In this document: positions 38,786 to 50,400 of the stretch, one piece after another
Layout: the number at the start of each line of letters is the position of its first letter
Numbering within the stretch: the first letter of the stretch is position 1
Assembly (NCBI RefSeq): GCF_000142905.1
Contig: NW_013657666.1
Span: 196,631-260,630 of the forward strand
Origin: Thecamonas trahens ATCC 50062
Lineage: Eukaryota; Protista; Apusomonadida
DNA length: 64,000 nt
Direction: 5' to 3'
Notes under the pieces: generated by a model
The model's input: only the letters and a program-made list of their open reading frames with translations
What the model was told of the DNA's origin: nothing
The model's database searches: none
Program-made: the position numbers and the translations under genes

Positions 38786-41700
38786 ATGGGTCCTGAGTGC
38801 AGGTCCAGACCGGCCAGCCCTGCCATGGGCGCCATGGAACAGGACGAGCCAAACGGCGTCACTCCCGCCTGGTGGTCTGGAGACGATACCCAATGCCAGC
38901 GGTGGAAGGTGAGTCGACAGACGCACTGTGTGGTAGTGCTCTTTGCGCTGGTCCTGCTCTTGACAACCATGCCTAGCTGTTGCACCGGCAAGTATGTGGT
39001 CTCCTACCACGGTGGGCCGGTGGCCATCGTGGCTGAGGCCGAGCTGCCGATCGTGGTCCCACCCACCGTCGCCGGCTCGGTCACCTACGTTGAAGTCCGC
39101 GTCCAGTTCATGCACACTCAGCTCGTAGATCTGCAGTCGTGCAGTCTTGTTGCGCCCATCGGCACATCCGTCGCCTTGCTTATCGGCATCGACCTCCCGC
39201 CCCTCCGCTGGGACGTCCACTTTGACGACGGCGCCTCGGTCTTTGTCCTCCAGCAGGCGCAGGCTGTCTTCCGCGATGGCGTCCGCCGCAAGCCGACGTC
39301 GGCGCTCTCGTCGCTCCGCGGCTCGCTTGCTGCTGGTACTTGGCGTCTCAAGTGCGAGGATACTCGAATCTCGGCCTACCACGGCTTCCTCTACAACGCC
39401 ACACTCATCCTCTCGACCTCGCCCGCCAGCTGCGGCGACGGCGAGTGGTTCTCAGACTCGGAAGCGTGCGACGACGGCAACACCTCCGATGGTGATGGCT
39501 GCTCCTCGACATGCTCGCTTGAGCCGGGCTTTTCGTGCTCCAACCAAGATCCGGCCGCGCCTACGCTCTGCACGCCGGTCCCTTGTGGCGACGGAACCTG
39601 GGTCCCCGACGTCGAAGAGTGTGACGACGGGAACACTATGAGCGGCGACGGTTGCTCGTCAGCCTGCAAGCTCGAGCACGGGTACGCCTGCAACCACTCT
39701 AGTTGCCGCCCGATCGTCTGTGGCGACTCGATCGTGGACGCACCGACCGAGCTGTGCGACGACGGCAACGCCGTCGGCGGCGACGGCTGCTCAGCCGCGT
39801 GCTCGCTCGAGGCGAGCTACACCTGCGACACACCCGGTGAAGCCTGCAATCCGCTTGTGTGCGGTAACGGCATTGTCCAGCCACCAGAGACCTGCGACGA
39901 CGGGAACGTGCTCGGCAACGACGGCTGTGCGAGCGACTGCACCATCCCGCCCACTTGTCTAGGCGAGGCAACGTTCACCGAGAGCCGCGGCATTGTTCGC
40001 TCGCAATATGCTTCCCAGGCCTACACCGCACCGTTGGAGTGCGTGACGTACGTTCGGCCAACAGTCGCCGCTCGCGCTTTTGTCGTCTCGATTGTTTGGT
40101 TCCGTCTCCGTCCGGGCACCCTCGACCTCATTCGCATCTACGACGTGGCAACCACGCCGTTTAAGCTCCTCAAGACTGTCACCGCAGACTCGGCAGCAGC
40201 TACGCTCGCTCCTGTTGTTGTCGAGGCTTCGTCGTTTGCCATCGAGTTTGTTGCTGCCAATGTGCCCGGCGGGTCTGCACCGTCCCTCGACAGTTCGCTG
40301 TATTATGGCTTTGTTCTCGAGTACTACGCGCTGCCGCAGCTCCAACCGCCGAGCGGCTTTGCCATCACACTCGAGCCTGTGTTGCCGCCGCCGGCTGCCC
40401 AGCACTTGCGCTCAACCTCGGGCCTTGTCGCCAATGTCAACTTGCTCTGCAACCCAGAGTGCGTCTTCTACCTTCCGTTCACCAACACTATCTCGCTCTA
40501 CCTCCACCGGCTGTCGTGGCCGCCGGGGTCAGGCGCGTCGCTTGTTGTCGAGGCGTCCAATGGCACCGTTGTGGCGCGCATCGACGCACCTGATGCCAGC
40601 ACCGCCACGGCGCTGGGCTACTCGGCCGGACGGTCGGTCGAGATTGCCGCCAACTCCAGCTCGAGTGAATGGGCCATGTTCGTGCGCCACGGTGTGCTCG
40701 GCGCTGCCAGCCTCCCGTTCCCGGTCGAGGTGCAAGCGCCAACTGGCTTGACGAGTGCACAGGTTGTGGTGCGATTTTCATCACCGCCGCCGCCGCCGGG
40801 TTGGGAGCTCCCTCATTTTGAGATAGTGTACAGCGCGGACTCGACGTGCTTGCCAGGCGTGGAGATGGCCGCGGCCAGCAGTGCGAGAGCGCAGATTGTG
40901 GTCGGCCCCTCGCCGCAACTCTTCTCATACGCATCTTTGCTCGCACCACTCATGCGCTGTGTGTGGGGCTTTCCCACCCCGCTGCTCGCTCCGCATGGAT
41001 ATACCCAGCGCCTGGTCGTCGACTATGTGGACTTGCCGGACCCGCAGGATTCGCTCCAGATTTCTGCCGATGACGTCGTGAGTGGCGCAGCGAGTGTTCC
41101 TCTCGCGGTGGCGCGTATTTCTGCAGCATCTTTGCTCTCCTACGGCTCGCTCCCTGTGGCCACGACATCCTCGCTTGAGTTTACCGTCACGACTGGCAAG
41201 GCGCTAGTCGAACTGGAAACCTCAGAGTTTTGGCCATCAAACGGGTTCGCGGTCACCTCGTCGTGGGGCTGCGGCTTACCGCTCTACTCGGCCGGCCACA
41301 TTAACCGTCCAAGTGCCGCGGCTGGCTACCTCTCGGTCGACGCATCGCATGCTATCTACGCAGGCTACAGCTACTCGACAGCGCACTGCGCGTGGCGAGT
41401 GGATGGCCCCAGCCACGAAGCAGGCCGGGCGCCGGTGCTAATCAACATCATGGCGCTGGCGCTTTCCGACTCATCGGATGTGATCCTCATTCTCAACGGA
41501 ACGTCAGACGCCTCATCGCCACAGCTTGGCTCACTTGTCGGTAACGCTGTCCTGCTAGCCGACAGCGGCTTTGCAGCGCTCAACGAGTTGCGGTGGGCAG
41601 CCGGTCTGGGCAGGCTTTCATCTGCGTCGCTGGCGGCGTCGATGGGCCAGATGTACGTTCCGTCTGGCCAGTCGTACGTCTCGTTTGTGCCTGGCTCGGG

Positions 41701-44700
41701 TTCGGCCGACCCGCCCACGCTTCCGCCACTAGTCAATCCGCTCGATGCCGAGGCCGGCACCTCTCGCAATGGCTTCCTTGCCTCGTACCAGGCTGGCTCG
41801 TGCATTGCAAAAGCAGTTCTTGTCGGCGCCCAGGGCATTGTTGCTGACGGCTCGGGCGCTTCGCTCGCGCCTGTTATCCTCGATGTTTTTGAGCGCGACG
41901 CGCTAGCGGCTGTCTCGCTCGACGCGCTGCACGCGGCCTACGCACCCATGGTTGGTCAGACTCAGGCGACGTTGTGCCACTGGCGGCTCTCGCCGCCGAC
42001 TGTGCCGCAGTTCCGCTACATCACGCTTCGAATTTCCAAGTTGGCGCTTGCAGAAGGTGCAAGTCTTGCCGTCAAGGTTGGCGGTGAGATCCTCGTCTAC
42101 TTTGACGCACGGTCGACGCGCTCGCTCTCGGCGCTACAGCTGGCGTCACCGCTGGCAACATCTGATGTGGCGCTTCCCGAGCACGATGCGCTCTTTGGCC
42201 CTGCTGCACTCTTGCTCCCGGCGTCGTCGGCGCAGCCGCGAGTGGTCTTTGCTGTCGACAACTCGACCAAGACTAAGAGCGGCTCAGTGGCACACGTGCT
42301 CGAGCTCGTTACCATGGCCTCCGAGCTGGAGCTCGAATGGTCTGTTCCGCGTGGCGCAAACTCGCCCTCGCACATGCTCGCCGGCTATCAGGTCGGCTAC
42401 ACTTGCCCGCCTGGTGCGGTGCAGGCGTCGGCCATCTCGACCGGGTGCGCCTTTTGCGAGCCGGGCATGTACTTGTCGACTTTGTCCGGCGAATGTACCA
42501 CGTGTGAGACTGGAACGTTCTCGCTCGTCCATGGAGCGCATGCCGAATGCTGGACGTGCCCGACGGAAATCCTGTCGTTACCGTCGGCGGCGGCCGCAGA
42601 CGAGCTCCCGGAGCGACTGGTAGTCTCCAACACGACGGTTGCCACCTCTGTTCTTCTGCCACTCTGCATGCCGTCGTCGTTCCCTGTGGCGGCCACACCT
42701 TCAGCGAGCTCCTCGCTCTCCATGCTTGTGGTCGGCCTCATCGGCATCGGTCTTGGCCTCGTGTTTATGGTTTTGGTCGGTGCAGCATGCTTCACGGTCT
42801 GGCGGCGGCGGTCGGCATCCAAGATTGATCCCGAGTCGATGCTGGTGGGGCGGGTCGGTTACGAGATCACCTACGACGAGATCACGTTTGACAAGGCGAT
42901 TGGCACCGGGTCGTACGGTGAGGTGTGGCGCGGGCTCTGGCGTGGAACCGACGTGGCCATCAAGCGCATCCACAACCGGGACTTTTCGGCCGAGACGCTG
43001 GAAGAGTTCCGGCGCGAGGCCAAGATGATGTGTGATTTGCGACATCCTAACGTAGTGCTCTTTATGGGCGCGTGCACACAGCTGCCAAACTTGGTCATGG
43101 TCACCGAGTACCTCGAGCGCGGCAACCTGTTCAGTATTCTCCACGATGCAGAGGTTGAGCTCCCGTACGGGCTCCGAGTTCGCATGCTTCTCGGTGCGGC
43201 GTCGGGCATCAACTTTCTGCACTCGGCCACACCGCCTATCCTGCACAACGACCTCAAGTCGCTCAATTTGCTAGTGACAACCGACTGGAACGTCAAGGTC
43301 GCCGACTTTGGACTCACCTGTATCAAGGATGATCTGGCCGACGACGCTGACATCGGAACAGCGTTCTGGACAGCACCCGAAGTGCTCAACGGGTTAGGCT
43401 CGTCGACAGCCTCGGATGTGTACTCGTTTGGCATCATCATGTGGGAGGTGCTCACACGCGAGACGCTCTACGACGGCGTCAACCCGAACGCGGTCATGCT
43501 CAAGGTGTCAACAGGCGAGCTGCGGCCGCACGTGGCTGACCTGGCTAATGAGAGCAAGCTGCGGACGGTGTGGCGGTCGCTCATGGTCTCGGCGTGGCAG
43601 CAGGAGCCGGAAAGCCGGCCTACCTTTGGTGCCATTGTGTCGGAACTCAAGGCGCTTGCGGTCCGGGCGGAGAGCGTGACGGCGACGTCTGCTGAGCACG
43701 CGTCGGGCGTGGCGTCCGAAGACGGCCTCCTCTCGGCCAACGGACCGGCGAGCGAGAACGAGATCGGGGCCATGGACGTCGGCCAGCCTGGGCTTTCGGC
43801 GGCGGCGGCCCGCGCGGCAAGGTCTCGTTCATCTTTGCCGACATCAAGGACATGGCGGCTCTGTGGGACGAGACGCCGGCGGCGGCACGCGACGCGATCG
43901 AAATGTTCAACACGCTTGTCGACGAGATGCTCGAGGAGCTCTCTGGGTACCGGGTCGAGAGCCGCGAGGGCGCGTTTGTGGTCAGCTTTTCGTCATCTGA
44001 CCAAGCCATGCTCTTTGCCACCTCGCTCATGCTCAAGCTCCACAACGAAGACCGGGTCTGGCCGCCAGCGCTGCAGATGCTGGACGTGACCATGCCTGGT
44101 GCTGGCGGCGGGAGCGACGTGGTCATCATGCGCGGCCTCCGACTCGCCATTGGCATCCACACCGGAGTGCCGTCGGCGGAGATTAATCCTGTAACCAACC
44201 GCATGGTGTACACGGGGCCCGTGGTGCGCAAGGCAACGCTTGTGGCGGCCATGGCGGTCGGCGGACAGGTTGTAGTCTCCGAGGCTGCGCTTCGTGACAT
44301 CAAGGCCTCGCCGTCGTCGCCGCCGTTTGCTGAGCAATCTTTGGGCCTCTGCCTCTTGCCGGGCTTTGACGAACCGGAGACGGTGACGGCGGTACTGCCA
44401 CCGCAGCTCGCGGCGCGGCTGACGATGCTCAAAAAGGCGACTGGTCGGAGCTTTGCCACTGCAACGGACAAGTACGTTTGGCAGTCATTCGGGATGGAGC
44501 CCGACCCGCATGTCGACTCGATGGAGGGCCAGTCGACGTGGGAGCGGGTCAAGGACCGCTACGTGCTCTCGTCGATGTACCGGGTGCGGTACGAGGACGT
44601 CGAGATCGTCGAGCGTTGCGGGATGGGCACCTACGGTGAGCTGTACCGTTGCAGGTACCGCGGTGAAGAGGTGGCCATGAAGCGGCTGCTGCGCAAGAAG

Positions 44701-45801
44701 CTACCCGAAGCACTGCTGCTTGACTTCAAGTGCGAAGTCATCATCACAGCACAGCTGAACCACCCCAACATTGTGACGTTCCTTGGCGCGTGCACGTTCC
44801 CGTACCTCTGCCTCGTCACCGAGTTCTGCACTCACGGCTCGGTTCACTCCAAGCTGACGGATCCGTCGGTGCGGTTTGATTGGCCGCGGCGGGTGAAGAT
44901 TGCGCACGACATTGCAAAAGGCATGCACTACCTGCACTCACTGGACATGCCGATTATGCACCGTGACCTCAAGACGCCCAATGTACTGCTCGACTCGACG
45001 TGGACGGCCAAGCTCTGTGACTTTGGCCTTGCGCGCATCAAGTCCTCACACTCGACCATGACCAAGTGCGGAACGATTGCCTGGACGGCGCCCGAGGTGC
45101 TGACCGGCAAGCGGTACTCGCTCAAAGCCGATGTGTACTCGTTCGGCCTCGTCCTGTGGGAGTTGGTCACAGCCAAGTTTCCGTACATCGAGCTCAAGGG
45201 CACGCCAACTGTCAAGATTGTCAAGATGATTCTCAACGGGCACAGGCCCAATGTCTCGCGCGAGTGGCCCAAGGGCTACGTGGCGCTCATGAAGCGGTGC
45301 TGGTCTGACCAGCCAAAGTCTCGCCCGACCTTCTCCGAGCTTTTGGTCGAGCTTACTGCCATGATAGACAACTTTACCGCCGGTCAGTCGTCAGCGGCCT
45401 CTGCCACCGCCGCTGCGTTGGCCCCGGCGTCGTCGACATCCATGGTGCCCGTGGCTCCGCGAGCGTCGCCAACGCCGGGCGCCGGTGCCTCTTCAACAGC
45501 GCCTCCTCCTGCAAAGCCGGGCGTTCCCATCACCAAGGAGCCTCAAGAGCGGCCAAAGACACCGGTAATGCCTGGCACCCCGCCGCCTTCCAGTCCCCCA
45601 TTGTCCTCCCCCGTTGGTCCTTTACCTGCGGCGCCTATCTCGGCGCCTGGCCCGTCCAACTCGCAACAGGGCCACGGCATCAGTTGGAGGGCTTCGACCG
45701 CCTCGCTTGGTGCTAGCGGCGCGTCGATCGCCAGCCCGACGAGTCCGGTGAATCGATTGGGCTCCGAGTCGTCGTCGACCGCAAGGAGCTGGCGGAGTTG
45801 A
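38786..45801 (+). CDS. Large receptor kinase: P-domain, Myxococcus-type Cys repeats, CUB-like, GCC-like, TM, TKL kinase, degenerate class III cyclase, second TKL kinase; frame break near 43809
   Basis: ORFs 38552..44089 and 43852..45801 join by adding one base. Four CDDGN...DGC repeats; TM near 42725-42800. Kinase 1: GTGSYG, HNDLKSLN, DFG. Cyclase: PRGKVSFIFADI...RGLRLAIGIHTG. Kinase 2: GMGTYG, HRDLKTPN, DFG, WTAPE. Confidence 0.85.
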
Positions 45802-45812
45802 GAACTGCAACC

Positions 45813-46400
45813 ATGGCGCCGGCGCTGCCTCCGAGCTCGAGCAAGGACAAGTCCAAGGACAAGTCCAAGTCCAAGGCCAAGTCCAAGTCGCACAAGCGTA
45901 AGCACCGTCACAAGCGGTCGCACCGGTCACGGCACAAGTCAAAGTCCAAGCGCAAGTCAAAGTCCAAGACAAAGTCAAAGTCAAAGTCGAAGGCCAAGCT
46001 GGACGAGTTGATCACCACCGGTGACTCTGCGATTGCCACCGATGATGACTCGCTCTCGTCCACGTCGTCATCGTCCGTCTCGTCGCCATCGTCGTCAACA
46101 TCATCGCTCGACGAGAACGACTCGGGTGAGAGCTCGGACAAGCATGTACGTCAATCACGGTCAAAGCACAAGTACAAGCGCCGCTCGCACCGCCGCCGTT
46201 CGCGGCACCACCACAAGTCGCGCCGTTCGCGGCGGCGGCGACGCTCGACGTCGCCGTCCTCACCTCCATCGTCATCCTCGCCATCGTCTTCTTCGTCAGC
46301 TGCGCCGGCTATGGCCACGCCCGCTGCTTCCAGTACGTTTGGGGTGGATCAGGTCGCGCCGCAGCCGCAGCCGCAACCAGAGTCGCAACCAGAGTCGTAG
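45813..46400 (+). CDS. K/S/R/H-rich low-complexity ORF; possibly the true C-terminus of the upstream kinase
   Basis: The frame is open from about 45717 and has host-like codons. It lies -1 relative to the kinase, so one added base would fuse the two. Confidence 0.4.
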   Translation: MAPALPPSSSKDKSKDKSKSKAKSKSHKRKHRHKRSHRSRHKSKSKRKSKSKTKSKSKSKAKLDELITTGDSAIATDDDSLSSTSSSSVSSPSSSTSSLDENDSGESSDKHVRQSRSKHKYKRRSHRRRSRHHHKSRRSRRRRRSTSPSSPPSSSSPSSSSSAAPAMATPAASSTFGVDQVAPQPQPQPESQPES

Positions 46401-46546
46401 CCAGAGTCGTAGCCAGAATCGCGTGTGCCTGGTCCGCTGCCGCAGCAGCGCGAGTGGTTGTAAATGTGGCAACGCCGCACGGACAGCGCAGCGCCTCTCT
46501 CCCCAAACCCGACCCCAAGCCAAGCCAAGCCAAGCCAAGCCAACTC

Positions 46547-47479
46547 ATGAGCGAGGCCGAGGAGCTGGCCATGGACGCCGTGTCGCAGGTCATCTGCGAC
46601 GCCCTCTCCACGGCAGAACACGTCGCCCTCGCCGCCGCCATGCGCGCCGGTACCGCTCCTGTCCTCGCCGCCCTCGCCGCCTTTTCCTCCTCTCGCGATG
46701 CGGATGCCCTTGTTGCCGACCTGCGTGTTGCGTTGGCTCACCCGCAAGAGTGCTCGGACAAGGCCGCCGCTGCCCTTCCCGCCGTGGGCGAGGCCGATGG
46801 CGCAGAGAGTGTGGAGAACGCTGCGCCCGATGCCGCCGCACTCCGACTGCTCGTCCCGGCCATCCGTGGCCACACGGCGGAAGCTGCAGCCGCAGCTGCG
46901 GGCTGTGATGACGGTGAGGTCACGCCATGGGTCACCATTGGCCTCGTTGTCAGTGCTGCTTCGGATGTTCACGTTCTGGCCCATGTGGCTGCCGTGCTTG
47001 CCGGCGTCCGCCTCGCGGGGCATCCGGTCGGCTCGCCGTTCCGGGTCGTGGTGGTGGCCGCAGCGGATAAGCCGGTCGTCCGCACTCTTACAGGGCTCAC
47101 CATCCTGGCGGATGCAGTGCTGACCGACGTACCGCCGCTCGACGCCATCATTGTTGTCCCAGTCTGGGCCAGCGACGGTCGTGGCATGCTTCAATCTGCG
47201 GCAGAGAGCGTGGAGGCCCTTGGCCCAGCCGCTTGCGAGTGGCTCGCTGCTCGTGCACAGGTCGTCCAGTTCACGATCGGCCTCCATCGCGCTCTGGGAT
47301 TGGGCCCTTCTGCTGAGCCTGCGGTGTTTGCCCAGTTTGTGGTCCGCGGCGGCTCGCCCGAGCCGTCGATGCCGCTTGCTCAGGCTCTTGGCAGGCTCGC
47401 TGCCCACTGGCTCGGCGGCTCGGGCACGCTGCCGGACGTGAACGCGATTTCGTACACTCCACCGGCGAGCTGGACATGA
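46547..47479 (+). CDS. Protein with a divergent DJ-1/PfpI-like C-terminal domain
   Basis: FRVVVVAA.DKPVVRTLTGLTILADAVLTDVPPLDAIIV resembles the DJ-1/PfpI N-terminal strands. No clear nucleophile Cys motif. Confidence 0.5.
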   Translation: MSEAEELAMDAVSQVICDALSTAEHVALAAAMRAGTAPVLAALAAFSSSRDADALVADLRVALAHPQECSDKAAAALPAVGEADGAESVENAAPDAAALRLLVPAIRGHTAEAAAAAAGCDDGEVTPWVTIGLVVSAASDVHVLAHVAAVLAGVRLAGHPVGSPFRVVVVAAADKPVVRTLTGLTILADAVLTDVPPLDAIIVVPVWASDGRGMLQSAAESVEALGPAACEWLAARAQVVQFTIGLHRALGLGPSAEPAVFAQFVVRGGSPEPSMPLAQALGRLAAHWLGGSGTLPDVNAISYTPPASWT

Positions 47480-47493
47480 CGTCACTTGGAACT

Positions 47494-50400
47494 TTACTCG
47501 CGACCCATGGCGCGACACTCGACCAATGCGTATGCTAGTCGCTCGCGGGCGACCTCGTAGCTGGACCAAGGCGGGAGGTAGAGCATGAACCAGCAGGTCG
47601 ATGCTTGTGGCAAGACAGTGTCTGGCTCAGTACCTGGTGGGACCACAAGCCTACGTAGTGTCAGGTGCTTCTCCGCCATCTCGCACGGCGAGAGCCGCCT
47701 CCGGCCCCAGACAAACTGGACAAAAGCGGCGCGGAGGTCTGCGTCAAACGAAGTCAGCGCCTGCCAGGTGTACTCGACTTCGGGCGAGGTCTCGTCGAGC
47801 GGGGCGACAACAAGTGCGGCCTCGCGCAGCTGCTCCAGATCGAGCTCGCGGTGGCCGGAGACTGCCAGCTCGAGCTCATCGGGCAGCATGATTCTGAGAA
47901 CACTCGGCGGGACAATGGCTTCCAGTCCATCGCGCACCGCCGCCTCGGCTGCTGACGTTGCCGCCAGAAGTGCATTCGCAGCCGCGTCGGCGGCGCTGAC
48001 ATCGTCGCCATGGTTCGCCGCAAGCGACATCGCCACCAGGCTGTCTTGCGCCGCCAGCACCCCGACGCCGCCGGCCTCGCGCGAGTATGTCAAGGCACGC
48101 CACACCCGTAGCGGAAGGTCGAGTTCGAGAAGACCCGGCGATCGCACACAGTAGCCCATGAGCATGCCGAGCGCGCGCAGCATCTGCTTCTGCGACACAC
48201 TCGGCTCACCCGAGACAAACACCCAGTCACTGCGGCTCTCGCCCACGTTGAGCGCCTGGTTCGGCGACGGCTCCAGAACAATGGCCCGGAGGCCTGTGGC
48301 AAAAAGCGAAAGAGCCTCACGGAACGGCCCGCCAGCGTCAGCAGCAGGGAGCCCCCGAAAGGCCACCTTCCACGGCCGCGACTGGGTCCGCAGCTCAGCC
48401 GCAGATCGGGCCGTCACGTGCGCCGTGAGCTGCGACGCGACGAGCGCTGCAGCGTCACCGCCCCCACTCAGCCCGACATCGAGCTCGATGGTCTCGACCG
48501 GCGCCGGTGCACCCGTCTTGACCTCGCCCGCCGTCCGCGCCAGCTCTTCGTCGGCAAACACACGCCTCACCTGTGGATGCACCAGGCCACGCAGAGCGGA
48601 GACCATGCTCCCAAGCGCGCTCGGTCTGGCGTCTAACGTGCTTAGCGAGAGCGCAGCCGAGACGCACCACTGCAGGCCAAAAGTGGCCGCGTCCGGCAAG
48701 GTCGCCTCCAGCCCACCCCGCATGCTACCGCGAAGCGCAAGCGTGACTGGTGCGTCCGCCATCGCAACAAGTAGCGAGCCACGGGTGGCAACCTTGACCA
48801 CCGTGGAGCTGGTGAAGGAGACCACAGCCGTCGGTGGCAACCCGCTCAATACCGCGCTCGCAAACGCCTCGCTAGGGCTGGTTTGCTCATCGTGCTCTAG
48901 CACGTACAGCTCGACAGACGCGGCCTCGCCGCCGCGCGGCGGTCCGCAGTACACCACCGACACCTCAGTGACCTCCTCGAGCTCTGGTGGGAGCGTCGCC
49001 ACCAGCGATGCTGATGGGTCGACGAGTCCGTAGCTCACTGTGGCGCTGGCGCCCAGTCCGGTTACAGCCAGCGGTACCACGGCCTCAGCAGCTCCGCCAA
49101 CCTCCCTCTCGCCCTCACCACCGTGGACCAAGGCGCTCACACGCGCCGCCCAATCCGTAAACGCGTCCTGTGGCTCTGCTTCGTCGTAGCCGTAAGCCAT
49201 CAGCGTTTGTAGGGCCAACAGCGGGAACGCGACCTCGTTCGGCGAGCCAGAGCCGACAGCAGTCGTCCACAGTGCAGCCTCGGTGAAGATGCCAGCCTTT
49301 GACGGCTTGCCCATCAGCGGCGGAAGGTGGCCAGTCTGGTCGACATCCCATGGCGAGAGAGCTATGGCCTCGATCTCGCTGGCCAGCTCCTTCCAGCCCT
49401 GCGTGCGTTCGGGGAGGTGGTCACGTCGGCCGCCAGCGCACAAATGGCGCGGCCGGCGAGTGGCGCCAATCGGTACGCGACCGCCACGCTCGCCCACAGC
49501 CATCGCGAGACAGTTGCGGCAAGCTGCGGCTGCCTCGCCAGCTCGAAGCGGGTGGCTGCGCAGTCGAGCGCACCCAGGAGCAGGTGGAGCGACGGCTGCG
49601 AGAGCCACGCGGCGTCGAGCGAGAGCTCGTCGGGGCGCAGTCCAACAGCACACACCGCTGTCTGAGCCGCGTCGTTCATCCGAAGCCACGGATCCGCATG
49701 TGGCACTACAAAGCTCCCCATTGCGCCAGGCGTGCCCTCGAATCGGGCGTATGCCTCACGGGCTGACCGGCTCGCAAAGACCGCGCCCGCGACCACACCG
49801 GCACCGGGCTGATCGCGGAAAGTGATCAGCCAGCCAGCAACTTCGCCGTCGCGATGGGTGCTGGTGGACGCTAGCGAGGAGAGCGGGGTGCGAAGGACCG
49901 GGCTGGCGGACACCGAATGCTTCCAAACGTCCAGTGGAGTGAGCCGGCATGCGGTGCTGCCAGACTCCAGACTCACACTCACGCGGTGAGACTGGGAAGA
50001 GAGGCTCGCGACGAGTGCGTGTGCCACAAGGCGGCCGTTGTGCGCAACAGCGACTACGGTTGTGTCTGGCTGGTTGGCGATGCCGAGCTCGGTAAGGCTC
50101 TCAGCCCGGTGCACTACGCCGACGTGGACCACATCGTCGCAAGTCATCTCGACCACAAATGTGGGGTCTTGATCTGTCGCTGCCTGTGAGACCGCCCCGA
50201 CATCGTGAGCGATGCCAATGGTAACCTGGTGGGTGCCATCGAGTACCTCAACGCGGCACGCATCACAGTCGGCGCCAAAGCCAATACTTGAAATTGCATT
50301 GCCGTGGCTACCGCCCGCAGGCAGCCACAGCGGCTCGCTGGTGGACACATCGGCTCCCGGTACTACCGTTGCGCCCGGCAATGATGATCGGCTGGCTCTG

